A stretch of DNA of 64,000 nucleotides from Alphaproteobacteria bacterium (GTDB lineage Bacteria; Pseudomonadota; Alphaproteobacteria; GCA-2731375): positions 2,176,001 to 2,240,000 of the forward strand of contig CBDDPY010000002.1 of the NCBI GenBank assembly GCA_965232515.1. The letters run 5' to 3'. Position numbers and translations under genes: made by a program. How positions within the stretch are numbered: position 1 is the stretch's first letter; each line of letters starts with the position of its first letter. Below the pieces are notes generated by a model that saw only the letters and a list, made by a program, of their open reading frames with translations, was not told the DNA's origin and did not search any database. Positions 39,935 through 48,917 of the stretch are shown here, in pieces.

Positions 39935-39953
39935 TTAGTTCTTGCTTAACCAT
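39935..39953 (+). promoter_or_regulatory. Putative CtrA site upstream of a small ORF
   Basis: TTAG-N7-TTAACCAT in an AT-rich 220-bp gap. Confidence 0.5.
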
Positions 39954-40024
39954 AACCCCGAAAAGGGGCATGACAGGGAACGTTCCAGAAGGGGACATAG
40001 GCATCTCAGAATGGGTGAGCTGTA

Positions 40025-40213
40025 ATGTCGCGCTCAGGCTTGTTGGACGCCACCATTGCCGAACTGGGGCGGCTGTTGGCGTTGCATCCGGATGAATCGG
40101 GAGAGCGTATCCTGAAGCGGCTGCGGGCCGCGCGGGACAACCGGTTCGACGATCCGGCATTTTCGTTCGAAGACGTCCTGGACGGTTCATCGTCGCCGCT
40201 GCCTGGCGAGTAA
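40025..40213 (+). CDS. Small hypothetical protein (62 aa)
   Basis: The ORF fills the gap between two minus-strand CoA-transferase genes, has plausible amino-acid composition, and follows an AT-rich promoter-like region. Confidence 0.5.
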   Translation: MSRSGLLDATIAELGRLLALHPDESGERILKRLRAARDNRFDDPAFSFEDVLDGSSSPLPGE

Positions 40214-40226
40214 GGCGCGGGCGCCG

Positions 40227-41411
40227 TCAAACGACGTTGGTTCGGCGCAGCTCGTCGATTCCGTCCGCGTCGTAGCCCAACTCGTCGAGCAGGTCGTCGG
40301 TATGTTGGCCGAGTTTCGGCGCCGGCCGATTTGGAATCTCGTCACCGACACGCAACGGATTGGCCAGCAGGCGCATCTCCGGTTTGTCGGGATGCGGCAC
40401 ATCCTGAATGCCGTTGCGTTCGGACAGGAATGGATTGTCCAGCGCTTGGGCCAGATCGTAGACCGGCGCGCAGGGCACGACGCCGCCCAGGATCTCCATC
40501 CACGCCTCCGTGGTCTTGCCGCTCAGGATGTTGTCCAGCACCTCGGTCAGGTTGTCGCGATTCTCGGCCCGCTCGGCATAACCCTTGTAGGCCGGATCGT
40601 CGATCAACTCCGGATGGCCAATGCCCCGGCATAGCGCTTCCCAGAATTTCTGCGTCTGGCACATCAGGAAGATCCAGCCGTCGCCCGTCCGGTAGAGCTG
40701 CGACGGCACGATGTAGGGATGGCCCGAGCGCGGCACCCGGCCGGTCACCAGACCCGAGTTCAGATACCAAGCCGCCGGATAGCTCAGCTGATGCATAGCG
40801 ACGTCATAGAGGCTGGTATCGACGTCGCGGCCGACGCCGGTCTCGCGCGCGGCGACGATGGCGCTGACCAGCCCGAACGCCGTCGTCATGCCCGTCATGA
40901 AATCGACCATCGACAGCCCGAACCGCGCCGGCGGCGAATTCGTCTCGCCGGTCAACGACAGGAAACCTGCTTCGGCCTGCAGCAGGTAGTCGTAGCCCGG
41001 CCAGGACTTGCGGCTGCCCTCCCGGCCATAGGCCGAAAGGTGGGCGCAGACAATCTTCGGGTTGTGCGCTTTCAGGTCGTCGTAGGTCAGCCCGAGCTTC
41101 TCCGGCTGATCCCCACGAAGGTTGCCCATCAGACCGTCCGCGGTCGCGACCAGCTTTTGAAATATCTCGCGGCCGGCCGCGCTCTTCAGGTCCAGCGTCA
41201 GCGACTTCTTGTTGCGGTTCATCGACTGGAAGAACTCGCTGTCGTTCTCGCCCAGGAAATACGGGCCGACGCTGCGGCTCATGTCGCCGCCGGTCTTCCG
41301 GTTCTCGATCTTGATTACTTCGGCGCCCATGTCGGCCAGATGGCAACTGCCATAGGGGCCGGCGCCGTACTGCTCGACGGCGATGATCCGCAGACCGTTC
41401 AGCGGCAGCAT
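40227..41411 (-). CDS. CaiB/BaiF class III CoA-transferase
   Basis: PLNGLRIIAVEQYGAGP, NRNKKSLTLDLK and PGYDYLLQAE. Confidence 0.92.
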   Translation of the reverse strand: MLPLNGLRIIAVEQYGAGPYGSCHLADMGAEVIKIENRKTGGDMSRSVGPYFLGENDSEFFQSMNRNKKSLTLDLKSAAGREIFQKLVATADGLMGNLRGDQPEKLGLTYDDLKAHNPKIVCAHLSAYGREGSRKSWPGYDYLLQAEAGFLSLTGETNSPPARFGLSMVDFMTGMTTAFGLVSAIVAARETGVGRDVDTSLYDVAMHQLSYPAAWYLNSGLVTGRVPRSGHPYIVPSQLYRTGDGWIFLMCQTQKFWEALCRGIGHPELIDDPAYKGYAERAENRDNLTEVLDNILSGKTTEAWMEILGGVVPCAPVYDLAQALDNPFLSERNGIQDVPHPDKPEMRLLANPLRVGDEIPNRPAPKLGQHTDDLLDELGYDADGIDELRRTNVV

Positions 41412-42592
41412 CAGACGGGGTTCCGCTCGACCAGCTGCTTGGCGATGATGATGCGCTGGATCTCGTTGGTGCCCTCGCCAATGCACATCAGCGGCGCGTC
41501 GCGGAAATAGCGCTCGATGGCGAACTCCTTGGAATAGCCGTAGCCGCCATGGATGCGCATGGCTTCCATGCTGTTCTCGACGGCGGCTTCCGAGGCGAAC
41601 AGCTTGGCCATCCCGGCCTCCATGTCGCAGCGCTCGCCACGGTCATAGGCGCCGGCCGCCTGCTCGACCAGCAGCCGCGCCGCCTCGCAGCGCGTCGCCA
41701 TGTCGCCCAGCTTGAGCTGGATGGCCTGATGCTGGCAGATCGGCTTGCCCATGGTCTTGCGGATCTGCGAGTAGGCGACGGAGTCCTTCAGTGCGGCATT
41801 GGCGAGGCCGACGCCGCGGGCGGCGACATTGATGCGGCCGAGTTCCAATCCGCCGACGGCGTGGTGGAAACCGCGCCCCTCCTCGCCGCCGATCAAGCGA
41901 TCGGCCGGCACGCGGTAGTCCTCGAAGATCAGCTCGGCCGAGTCGATGCCCTTGTAGCCGAGCTTCTCGAGCTTGCGGCTGACCCGGAAGCCCGGGCCCT
42001 TTTCGGCCAGGAACATGGTCATGCCCTTGTGCCGCGGCTGCACCTCGGTGTCCGTCTTGACGAGGAGCGCGAAGCAGGAGCCCTCGATGCCGTTCGAGAT
42101 CCAAGTCTTGGTCCCGTTGATCACGTAGTCGTCGCCGTCGCGTACCGCCTTGGTCCGGATCGCCTGCAGGTCGGTGCCGCAGTCCGGCTCGGTCAGCGCC
42201 AGACCGCCGCGCATCTCGCCGGCGGCGAAACGCGGCAGGAACGCCCGTTTCTGTTGTTCGGTGCCGAAGCGCTGCACGGCCGCCGCCATGATCAGGTGCG
42301 AGTTGAAGATGCCGGTCAGCGACATCCAGACTTCCGAGATCGTGGTGACGATCTTGGCATAGGTGGACGCCGGCAAACCGAGGCCGCCATATTCCGGATC
42401 GATGGTCGCGCCGAACAGGCCGAGCTCCTTCATCTGCGCGACCATCTCGTGCGGGTACTCGTCCTTGTGCTCGAGCTCCATCACGTAAGGCTTCACGTCG
42501 CGCTCGAGCCACTTGGCGATGGCGTCCAGGATCTGCGCCTCTTCCTGCGGATCGAAGCCGCCGGCCTGCGTGTCGATGACGTCGGTGCTCAT
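41411..42592 (-). CDS. Acyl-CoA dehydrogenase
   Basis: LTEPDCGTD, INGTKTWISN, IHGGYGYSKE and GEGTNEIQR. Confidence 0.94.
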   Translation of the reverse strand: MSTDVIDTQAGGFDPQEEAQILDAIAKWLERDVKPYVMELEHKDEYPHEMVAQMKELGLFGATIDPEYGGLGLPASTYAKIVTTISEVWMSLTGIFNSHLIMAAAVQRFGTEQQKRAFLPRFAAGEMRGGLALTEPDCGTDLQAIRTKAVRDGDDYVINGTKTWISNGIEGSCFALLVKTDTEVQPRHKGMTMFLAEKGPGFRVSRKLEKLGYKGIDSAELIFEDYRVPADRLIGGEEGRGFHHAVGGLELGRINVAARGVGLANAALKDSVAYSQIRKTMGKPICQHQAIQLKLGDMATRCEAARLLVEQAAGAYDRGERCDMEAGMAKLFASEAAVENSMEAMRIHGGYGYSKEFAIERYFRDAPLMCIGEGTNEIQRIIIAKQLVERNPV

Positions 42593-42621
42593 GCTCGTCC
42601 TCCTTGGACCGAAGCGGGTTT

Positions 42622-42682
42622 GCTCAGCCGCGCGCCTGTTCGATGTCGTGGCTTAGCCGCGCGCTTGTTCAATAATGTCGTC
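42622..42682. repeat. Imperfect tandem duplication of the 3' end of the MaoC gene
   Basis: GCTCAGCCGCGCGCCTGTTCGATGTCGT is followed by GCTTAGCCGCGCGCTTGTTCAATAATGTCGT. Confidence 0.55.
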
Positions 42683-43180
42683 GACGCCGTGCCCACGCTT
42701 CGGGATCAGCATCGTGCGCTTGTAGCTCATGACCAGCGTGCTGTCCTGCTTGTGCGCCCGGGTCTCGACGCTGACGACGCCCTGCGTCGGCCGCGACTTC
42801 GACTCGCGCTTGTCCAGCACCTCCGACTCGGCATAGAGCGTATCGCCGACGAAGACCGGCGCCGGCATGACAATATCGGTCCAGCCGAGATTGGCGATCG
42901 CCTTCTGGCTGACATCAGACACGCTCATACCGGCGACGATGGACACGGTCAGCGCGCTGTTGACGATGATACGCCCGAATTCGCTGTGCTTTGCGTATTC
43001 GACGTCGAAGTGCAGCGGATGCTGGTTCAGCGTCAGCAGCGTGAACCAGGTGTTGTCGGCCTCGGAGATCGTCCGGCCGGGCCGGTGCTCGTAGATGTCG
43101 CCAACATTGAAGTCCTCGAGATACCGTCCGAAGGATTCCCGATAACGGTTCTCGCCGACCCGCACTGCTTCCGCCACCAT
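42653..43180 (-). CDS. MaoC family (R)-specific enoyl-CoA hydratase, RipB/Ich-like
   Basis: RYRESFGRYLEDF.VGD.YEHRPGRT, DNTWFTLLTLNQHPLHFD and PVFVGDTL. Confidence 0.88.
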   Translation of the reverse strand: MVAEAVRVGENRYRESFGRYLEDFNVGDIYEHRPGRTISEADNTWFTLLTLNQHPLHFDVEYAKHSEFGRIIVNSALTVSIVAGMSVSDVSQKAIANLGWTDIVMPAPVFVGDTLYAESEVLDKRESKSRPTQGVVSVETRAHKQDSTLVMSYKRTMLIPKRGHGVDDIIEQARG

Positions 43181-43206
43181 GGCGTCACTCTCCCATCGAT
43201 GATTGT

Positions 43207-44070
43207 CTAAAGAACGCCGGCCGCCGCTGCGATCGACATAATCCGCTGCATGCGCTTGACCACCGGTTCCTCGACCAGCTTGCCGTCGACCACCGGCAGG
43301 CCGTCGGGCGCGTTTTCGAAGGCGTCGATGATCTTGCGCGCGTTCGCGATCTCGTCGGCACTCGGCGTGAAGATCTCGTTGATCACCGGCAGCTGCGTCG
43401 GGTGGATCGCCGCCTTGCCGGTGAAGCCCAGCGCCTGCACCAGCTCGCACTCCCTGCGCAGACCGGCCGCGTCCTCGAGATCCAGGAACGGCACGTCAAT
43501 GGCGTCGAGCCCGCTGCGCGCGGCCGCGTGCACGACCCGGCTGCGCGGATAGTGCATCGAGGTGAAATCGAGCGCGCAGCCCAGCTCGGCCGACATATCG
43601 ATGGCGCCGAACAGCAGCGAGCGATTGTTCGGGCTCGCCGCCGCAATCTCCTGCGCCGCGTCCAAGCCGGCATTGCTCTCGATGATGATATGCAGATTGA
43701 TGCGCCGCGCCGCGCTCCCAAACAACTCGTCGACGATGCGCACCTCGTCCGGCGTCGCCACCTTCGGCAGCATCACGCCGTCGGGCGGCGACTCCAGCTC
43801 GACGATCGCCAGAATGTCCTTCAGACCGTCCTTGCAGCGCGGACTGTTGATCCGCACCACGCGCTCGATACCGTCGTCGGCACGCTCGGCGAACAGCGGC
43901 AGCGACAGCTCGCGGCCCCGGTCCTTGTCGCGTGGCAGCAACGCGTCTTCCAGGTCGACGGTCACCATGTCGGGCTGCAGGCTCAAGGCTTTGGCGAAGC
44001 GGTCGGGCCGGATTCCCGGCACGAAAATGAAGTTGCGCCGAGGCTGCACCCGCTCTTCCGACATCGTCAT
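43207..44070 (-). CDS. CitE-family CoA-ester lyase (citramalyl/malyl-CoA lyase-like)
   Basis: FVPG..PDRFAKA, VDLED, VVRIN, MLPKV and GFTGKAAIHP. Confidence 0.88.
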   Translation of the reverse strand: MTMSEERVQPRRNFIFVPGIRPDRFAKALSLQPDMVTVDLEDALLPRDKDRGRELSLPLFAERADDGIERVVRINSPRCKDGLKDILAIVELESPPDGVMLPKVATPDEVRIVDELFGSAARRINLHIIIESNAGLDAAQEIAAASPNNRSLLFGAIDMSAELGCALDFTSMHYPRSRVVHAAARSGLDAIDVPFLDLEDAAGLRRECELVQALGFTGKAAIHPTQLPVINEIFTPSADEIANARKIIDAFENAPDGLPVVDGKLVEEPVVKRMQRIMSIAAAAGVL

Positions 44071-44079
44071 TCCTGAAAA

Positions 44080-44095
44080 ATTTGTCCGGACAAAT
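44080..44095. promoter_or_regulatory. Palindromic operator 3
   Basis: ATTTGTCCGGACAAAT, 10 bp upstream of the lyase start. Confidence 0.78.
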
Positions 44096-44112
44096 CTTCG
44101 CAAAGCCGTCCG

Positions 44113-44751
44113 TTACTTGTCAACGTGCTCGGCCCCGGCCTGGTCCATCGGAAACGGCTCGCTGCCCGGCTGATCGACCAGACTGTCGAGAAACGCCGGC
44201 CCATCATGCGCCATCCACAGCGCGGCGGCCGACGGCGCGAAGCTGCACAGGATATCGAGATCGCCCTGCTCGAAGGTGTTCCTGGCCTGGGCCGCCAGGA
44301 TCATCTGGCCGATGAAGCGATCGCCCCAGAACATCGGCGCGAACATGGTCGAGCCCATGCGCGAGGACTTCAGCACCTGCTTGAAGGTGCCGTGGTCGTC
44401 GGTGTTGGCCAGCAGCAACGGCTTCTGCTCGCGCGCCACCCGGCCGGGATGGGCATAGTCGATGGGAATGCGCATGCGGTGCTGCTCGGGCGGAAAATCG
44501 ACCTCGGCGATCAGCCAGTTCTGCGTCCCGTCCGGCGACGGCATGAAATAGCCGCCGATGAAGTATCGCCGCTCGCCCGGCTTCAGATGGCCGCGCGTCA
44601 GCGCATCGGAATCGCCCAGCACCTCGAACGCCGCGCGGCTTAAGTATCCGATCGCGGTTTCGGGATCACTGGCCCGGCAGCCGGCGGCAACGGCGTCCGC
44701 CAACGCGGCGAGCGCGCGGTCGCGCAGACCCGTGAAGTCACGCGCGCTCAT
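44113..44751 (-). CDS. Stand-alone GAF domain protein
   Basis: PGRVAREQKPLLLANT, STMFAPMFWGDRFIGQM and FEQGDLDIL are GAF-like; there is no output domain. Confidence 0.7.
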   Translation of the reverse strand: MSARDFTGLRDRALAALADAVAAGCRASDPETAIGYLSRAAFEVLGDSDALTRGHLKPGERRYFIGGYFMPSPDGTQNWLIAEVDFPPEQHRMRIPIDYAHPGRVAREQKPLLLANTDDHGTFKQVLKSSRMGSTMFAPMFWGDRFIGQMILAAQARNTFEQGDLDILCSFAPSAAALWMAHDGPAFLDSLVDQPGSEPFPMDQAGAEHVDK

Positions 44752-45614
44752 GCCGACGTCTCGGGCGGGTTGTTGGCGGCCCAGCGATCGGCGATCTGCT
44801 TGCGCGTGGCGATCCAGACGCCGTCATGCTGCTTCACGTGCTCGATGAACTTCTCCAGATAGCCGATGCGGCCGGGCCGGCCGATGATGCGCAGATGCAG
44901 GCCGAACGACATCATCTTCGGGTCGTCGGCGCCCTCGCGATAGAGCCAGTCGAAGGTGTCGACGGCGTATTCGCACCAGTCGGCCGGTGTCAGCGACGGC
45001 GCCGTCCACATCTTCATGTCATTGGAGTCCAACGCATAGGGCACGATAAGGATCGGCTTGCCGTCGACATGGTCCCAGAACGGCAGGTCGTCGCTGTAAT
45101 CGTCCATGTGATAGCTGAAGCCCTCTTCGATCAGCAGCCGCCGGGTGTTCGGCGTCAGCAGATAGCGCGACAGCCAGCCATAGGGCCGCGTACCGGTGGT
45201 CTTCTCGATGCTGGCGACGGCCTTGCGGATGAAGTCGCGCTCGGTGTCTTCGTCCATATGGAACTGATGCACCCAGCGCCAGCCGTGGCTGCAGACCTCG
45301 TGGCCGCCGGCGACGATGCGTTCGGTCAGGACCGGCGCGCGCTCCAGGCTCAACGCCGCGGCCGTGAAGGTGGCCGTGATGCCGTGGTCCTCCAGCAGCT
45401 TCATCACCCGCGGCGCGCCGGCTTTGATGCCGTACTGGTAGTTGCTCTCGTTGCCGTAGTTGCGGACCGCCTTTTTCAGCGCGACGCCGAGTTCGTCTAC
45501 GACTTCCGGCCCGCGGTCGCCGTCGGCGACGGTCATCTCCGAGCCTTCCTCGACGTTGACCACGAACGACATTGCCAGTCGTGCGCCGTTCGGCCATCGG
45601 TCCGCGTTGGCCAT
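44748..45614 (-). CDS. Polysaccharide deacetylase family, PuuE allantoinase/cyclic-imide hydrolase-like
   Basis: WPNGARLAMSFVVNVEEGSE, ESNYQYG, HEVCSHGWRW and GLHLRIIGRPGR. Confidence 0.87.
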   Translation of the reverse strand: MANADRWPNGARLAMSFVVNVEEGSEMTVADGDRGPEVVDELGVALKKAVRNYGNESNYQYGIKAGAPRVMKLLEDHGITATFTAAALSLERAPVLTERIVAGGHEVCSHGWRWVHQFHMDEDTERDFIRKAVASIEKTTGTRPYGWLSRYLLTPNTRRLLIEEGFSYHMDDYSDDLPFWDHVDGKPILIVPYALDSNDMKMWTAPSLTPADWCEYAVDTFDWLYREGADDPKMMSFGLHLRIIGRPGRIGYLEKFIEHVKQHDGVWIATRKQIADRWAANNPPETSA

Positions 45615-45641
45615 GACGATTTCCCCTCAGAACGCCGTCGG

Positions 45642-45758
45642 AATTTGTCCGGACAAATTGCCATTGCCGCTTGGGCCGGTCAAGTGAGCTGGAAAATTTG
45701 TCCGGACAAATCCGTTGACACGGACCATGTGTCGGCGTGATGATTTGTCCGGACAAAT
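45642..45758. promoter_or_regulatory. Operators 4-6 and a sigma70-like promoter in the divergent deacetylase/dctP region
   Basis: ATTTGTCCGGACAAAT-type palindromes at 45642-45659, 45696-45711 and 45743-45758; TTGACA at 45715-45720 lies between the last two. Confidence 0.82.
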
Positions 45759-45785
45759 TCCCAAATAACGACAGCGGGGAGTCAC

Positions 45786-46793
45786 ATGCGAGTGCCAACG
45801 AAATCCATGGTCGCGGCCGTTCTCGGCGTCGGCCTTGCCGCCTCGGCGTCGACGAACGCCGAGCAGGTCTGGAAGCTGGGCTATATCAACGCCACCGACA
45901 GCTCGTACCTGAAGACCGTCGAAACCATGCCCGAGCGAATCGCCAAGGCGACCGGCGGCGAGATCAAGATCGAGCTGCACCACAGTCTCGTAAAGGGCTC
46001 GGCCCAGCCTGCCGGCCTGCGCGACGGGCGGCTGGAGATCATCGCCGGCGTCAATCCGTGGCTCAGCGGCGAGGCGCCGATCCTGAACATCGGCCACCTG
46101 CCCGGCCTGATCGCCGACGAGCAGCAATACAAGAACGTGCTGGCGGCCGGCCTGCAGGACGAGTTCGCCAAGGTCTGGCTTGAGAAATACAATGGCGTGA
46201 TGCTGAGCCATGGCGTCTTCGAGCGCCAGGTGATCCTGTCCAACAAGGCGATCCGCACCGCCGCCGACTTCAAGGGCCTGAAGGTCCGCGTCCACAACAC
46301 CGAGGCGGCGCAGCTGATGAACGCGCTCGGCGCCAAGCCGACGCCAGTCGCCTTCCCCGAGATCGCGCCGGCGCTGCAGCGTGGCGTGGTCGACGCGGTG
46401 ATGACGTCCACCGGCACCAGCCACGGCTTCGGCTTCTACACGGTGGCGAAGTACATCCACTATTGGGACATCGGCACCGGCGTCGGCTGGTCGGTCGTCG
46501 TCAACAAGGATGCCTGGGCGAAACTGTCCCCGGATCTGCAGGAGAAAGTCCGGGCCGAGTTTCAGGCCATCCAGGCGGAGCACTACGCCAACCACCAGGC
46601 CTATTCCGAGAAGATGACGAAAGCGCAGGTCGAGAAAGGCATGGAGCTGATCGTCGCCAGCGACGCCGAGAAGGCCAAGGTGTTCGCGCCGGAAAACGTC
46701 AAAGCCGTCTATGACGCCTGGTACGAGCTGGCCGAGGACCGCGGTTATGACGGCCGCGCCGTGGTCGAGAAGACCCGCAAACTGATTAAGTAA
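45786..46793 (+). CDS. dctP: TRAP transporter substrate-binding protein DctP
   Basis: Signal peptide, DFKGLKVRV and ALQRGVVDA. Confidence 0.9.
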   Translation: MRVPTKSMVAAVLGVGLAASASTNAEQVWKLGYINATDSSYLKTVETMPERIAKATGGEIKIELHHSLVKGSAQPAGLRDGRLEIIAGVNPWLSGEAPILNIGHLPGLIADEQQYKNVLAAGLQDEFAKVWLEKYNGVMLSHGVFERQVILSNKAIRTAADFKGLKVRVHNTEAAQLMNALGAKPTPVAFPEIAPALQRGVVDAVMTSTGTSHGFGFYTVAKYIHYWDIGTGVGWSVVVNKDAWAKLSPDLQEKVRAEFQAIQAEHYANHQAYSEKMTKAQVEKGMELIVASDAEKAKVFAPENVKAVYDAWYELAEDRGYDGRAVVEKTRKLIK

Positions 46794-46826
46794 CGGACGG
46801 TTCTTTTACGCTCGCCGCCATCGAGC

Positions 46827-46852
46827 CCCCCGCCGGCTTTCGCCGGCGGGGG
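46827..46852 (+). terminator. GC-rich hairpin between dctP and dctQM
   Basis: CCCCCGCCGGC-TTTC-GCCGGCGGGGG. There is no U-tract, so it may be an mRNA-stabilising or attenuating stem. Confidence 0.55.
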
Positions 46853-46873
46853 TCGTCGCATTAGCCTATAGCC

Positions 46874-48910
46874 ATGACCGTCGATTCCCCTCGTTCGACT
46901 TTCGTCCTTGCCGTCGACAGGCTGTCGCAGGCGACCGGCTATCTGAGCGCCGGTCTGCTGTTGGCCATGCTCGGCATGATCTGCTTCGACGTGTTCATGC
47001 GCTACGTGCTGAACGCGCCGACAACCTGGGCGACCGAAATCTCGACCTACGTGCTGGTGGCGATCGCGCTGCTCGGCACCGCCTATACGCAACGCGTCGA
47101 CGGCCATATCCGGGTCGAAGTGCTGCTGCTGAACCTGGATGACGACAAGCGGCAAAAGCTGCTGCTGGTCACCGCCTGGATCGGACTCGTGTTTCTCGCC
47201 TTCGCCGGCTGGCAGGCCGTGGTCATGGTCTGGGAGAACTACGTCAACGGCACCCGCATCTTCTCGCTGCTCTACACGCCGATCTATTTGCCGCAGATCC
47301 CGATCGCCGTTGGCCTGTTCGCGTTTGCACTGGCGCTGCTGGCCGAGATCCGTCGGCTGTCGCCGGCTCTGCCGCCGTGGCGCGACGCGGCGATGGTGGC
47401 GTTGATTGTCGTGCTGATCGTCGGCCTGTGGCTGATGGGCGCACGGCCGGCGAAGGCGTTCGCGACCAACTTCGATTGGGGTTCGCTCTGGATCGCCGCA
47501 GTCGTCGCCGTCGCCGTGCTGCTGTGGAGCGGCTGGCGGACCTGCTTGATCGTGCTTGGCGTGTTCGTCGCGGCCGCCGTTCTGTTCTATCTGGCGCGCG
47601 GCGCCGATATCGGCACGGTCGTCGCCATCCAGGCCGTCGTCACGCTCGGCCTGCTGGCGCTCGGCGTGCCGGTGTCACTGGCGCTTGGCCTGATCGGTCT
47701 GTTGGGGATCTACTTCCTGCTGCCGTCGCCGGCGCCGATCACCATCGCCGAGCGCAGCTGGGACAGCATCAACTCGTTCACGCTGACGGCGGTGCCGATG
47801 TTCGTGCTGATGGGCGCGCTGTTGCTGCGCAGCGGCCTCAGCGATCAGGTCTTCGACGCCATGGTGAAGTGGCTGGGAAGGTTTCCCGGCGGCATCGCGC
47901 ATGCCGGCGTCGGCGCCTGCGGCGTTTTCGCGGCCGTGTCTGGCTCCAGCCTGGCGACGGCCGCGACCATGGGCATGGTCGCCTGCCCCGAGATGCTGAA
48001 GCGCGGTTACAGCCCCCGCCTCGCCTACGGCTCGATCGCGGCCGGCGGCACGCTCGGGATACTCATTCCGCCGTCGGTCGCCATGATCATCTATGGCTCC
48101 ACCGTCGGCGCGCCGATCGCGACCCTGTTCATCGCCGGCATCGTGCCCGGCGTGCTGCTGATCCTCGGCTTCATGGCCGTGGTGTTTGTCTGGGCCGTCC
48201 TGCGGCCCGCCGCCGCGCCGCTGAGCGAGCGCTACGACTGGCAAACCAAGCTGCGCGCCCTGCTGCAGGTCCTGCCGATCGCGCTGCTGATTGCCGGCGT
48301 GCTGGGCGTGCTTTATGCCGGCATCGCGACGCCGACCGAGGCCGGCGCCATGGGCGCCGCTGCGGCGCTGCTGATCTGCATTGCCCGTGGCCGTCTCGAC
48401 GGACCGACGCTGCTGAACGTGCTGCTCGAGACCGTGAAGGTCACCTCGTTCCTGTTCGTCATCATCATCGGCGCCTCGATCCTGACCTACTCGTTTGATT
48501 ATCTCAGGCTGCCGACGCTGCTGGTCGAGGCGGTGCGCGACGCCAACCTGTCGCCGTGGATGGTGATGCTGGCGATCTCGCTGCTTTACATCGTGCTCGG
48601 CATGTTCATCGATTCAATCTCGATGATGGTGATGACGTTGCCAGTGCTGTTCCCGCTGGTGGTCGCGGTCGGCTTCGACCCGATCTGGTTCGGCGTCGTG
48701 CTGGTGATCCTGATGGAGATCGGCCTGATCACGCCGCCGGTCGGCGTCAACCTGTTCGTGCTGCGCGGCCTGTCGGGCGACGTGGCGATGAAGGAGATCG
48801 TCTACGGCGTCATCCCGTTCATGCTGCTCATGATGGCCGCCGTCGTCCTGCTTTACGTCGCCCCCGGTCTCGCCACCTGGCTGCCGGCGCAGATGATCAC
48901 GACCGGCTGA
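46874..48910 (+). CDS. Fused TRAP transporter permease DctQ-DctM
   Basis: DctQ part (MRYVLNAPTTW, GHIRVE) fused to DctM (AVSGSSLATAA, GGTLGILIPPS, TPTEAG, ITPPVGVN). Confidence 0.9.
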   Translation: MTVDSPRSTFVLAVDRLSQATGYLSAGLLLAMLGMICFDVFMRYVLNAPTTWATEISTYVLVAIALLGTAYTQRVDGHIRVEVLLLNLDDDKRQKLLLVTAWIGLVFLAFAGWQAVVMVWENYVNGTRIFSLLYTPIYLPQIPIAVGLFAFALALLAEIRRLSPALPPWRDAAMVALIVVLIVGLWLMGARPAKAFATNFDWGSLWIAAVVAVAVLLWSGWRTCLIVLGVFVAAAVLFYLARGADIGTVVAIQAVVTLGLLALGVPVSLALGLIGLLGIYFLLPSPAPITIAERSWDSINSFTLTAVPMFVLMGALLLRSGLSDQVFDAMVKWLGRFPGGIAHAGVGACGVFAAVSGSSLATAATMGMVACPEMLKRGYSPRLAYGSIAAGGTLGILIPPSVAMIIYGSTVGAPIATLFIAGIVPGVLLILGFMAVVFVWAVLRPAAAPLSERYDWQTKLRALLQVLPIALLIAGVLGVLYAGIATPTEAGAMGAAAALLICIARGRLDGPTLLNVLLETVKVTSFLFVIIIGASILTYSFDYLRLPTLLVEAVRDANLSPWMVMLAISLLYIVLGMFIDSISMMVMTLPVLFPLVVAVGFDPIWFGVVLVILMEIGLITPPVGVNLFVLRGLSGDVAMKEIVYGVIPFMLLMMAAVVLLYVAPGLATWLPAQMITTG

Positions 48911-48917
48911 ACCGCCG

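Noticed and set aside
45642-45758. Three repeats with spacers resembling a mini-CRISPR
   Set aside because: The repeats are only 16-18-bp palindromes, they also occur singly at other promoters, and no cas genes are present. Operators explain them better.
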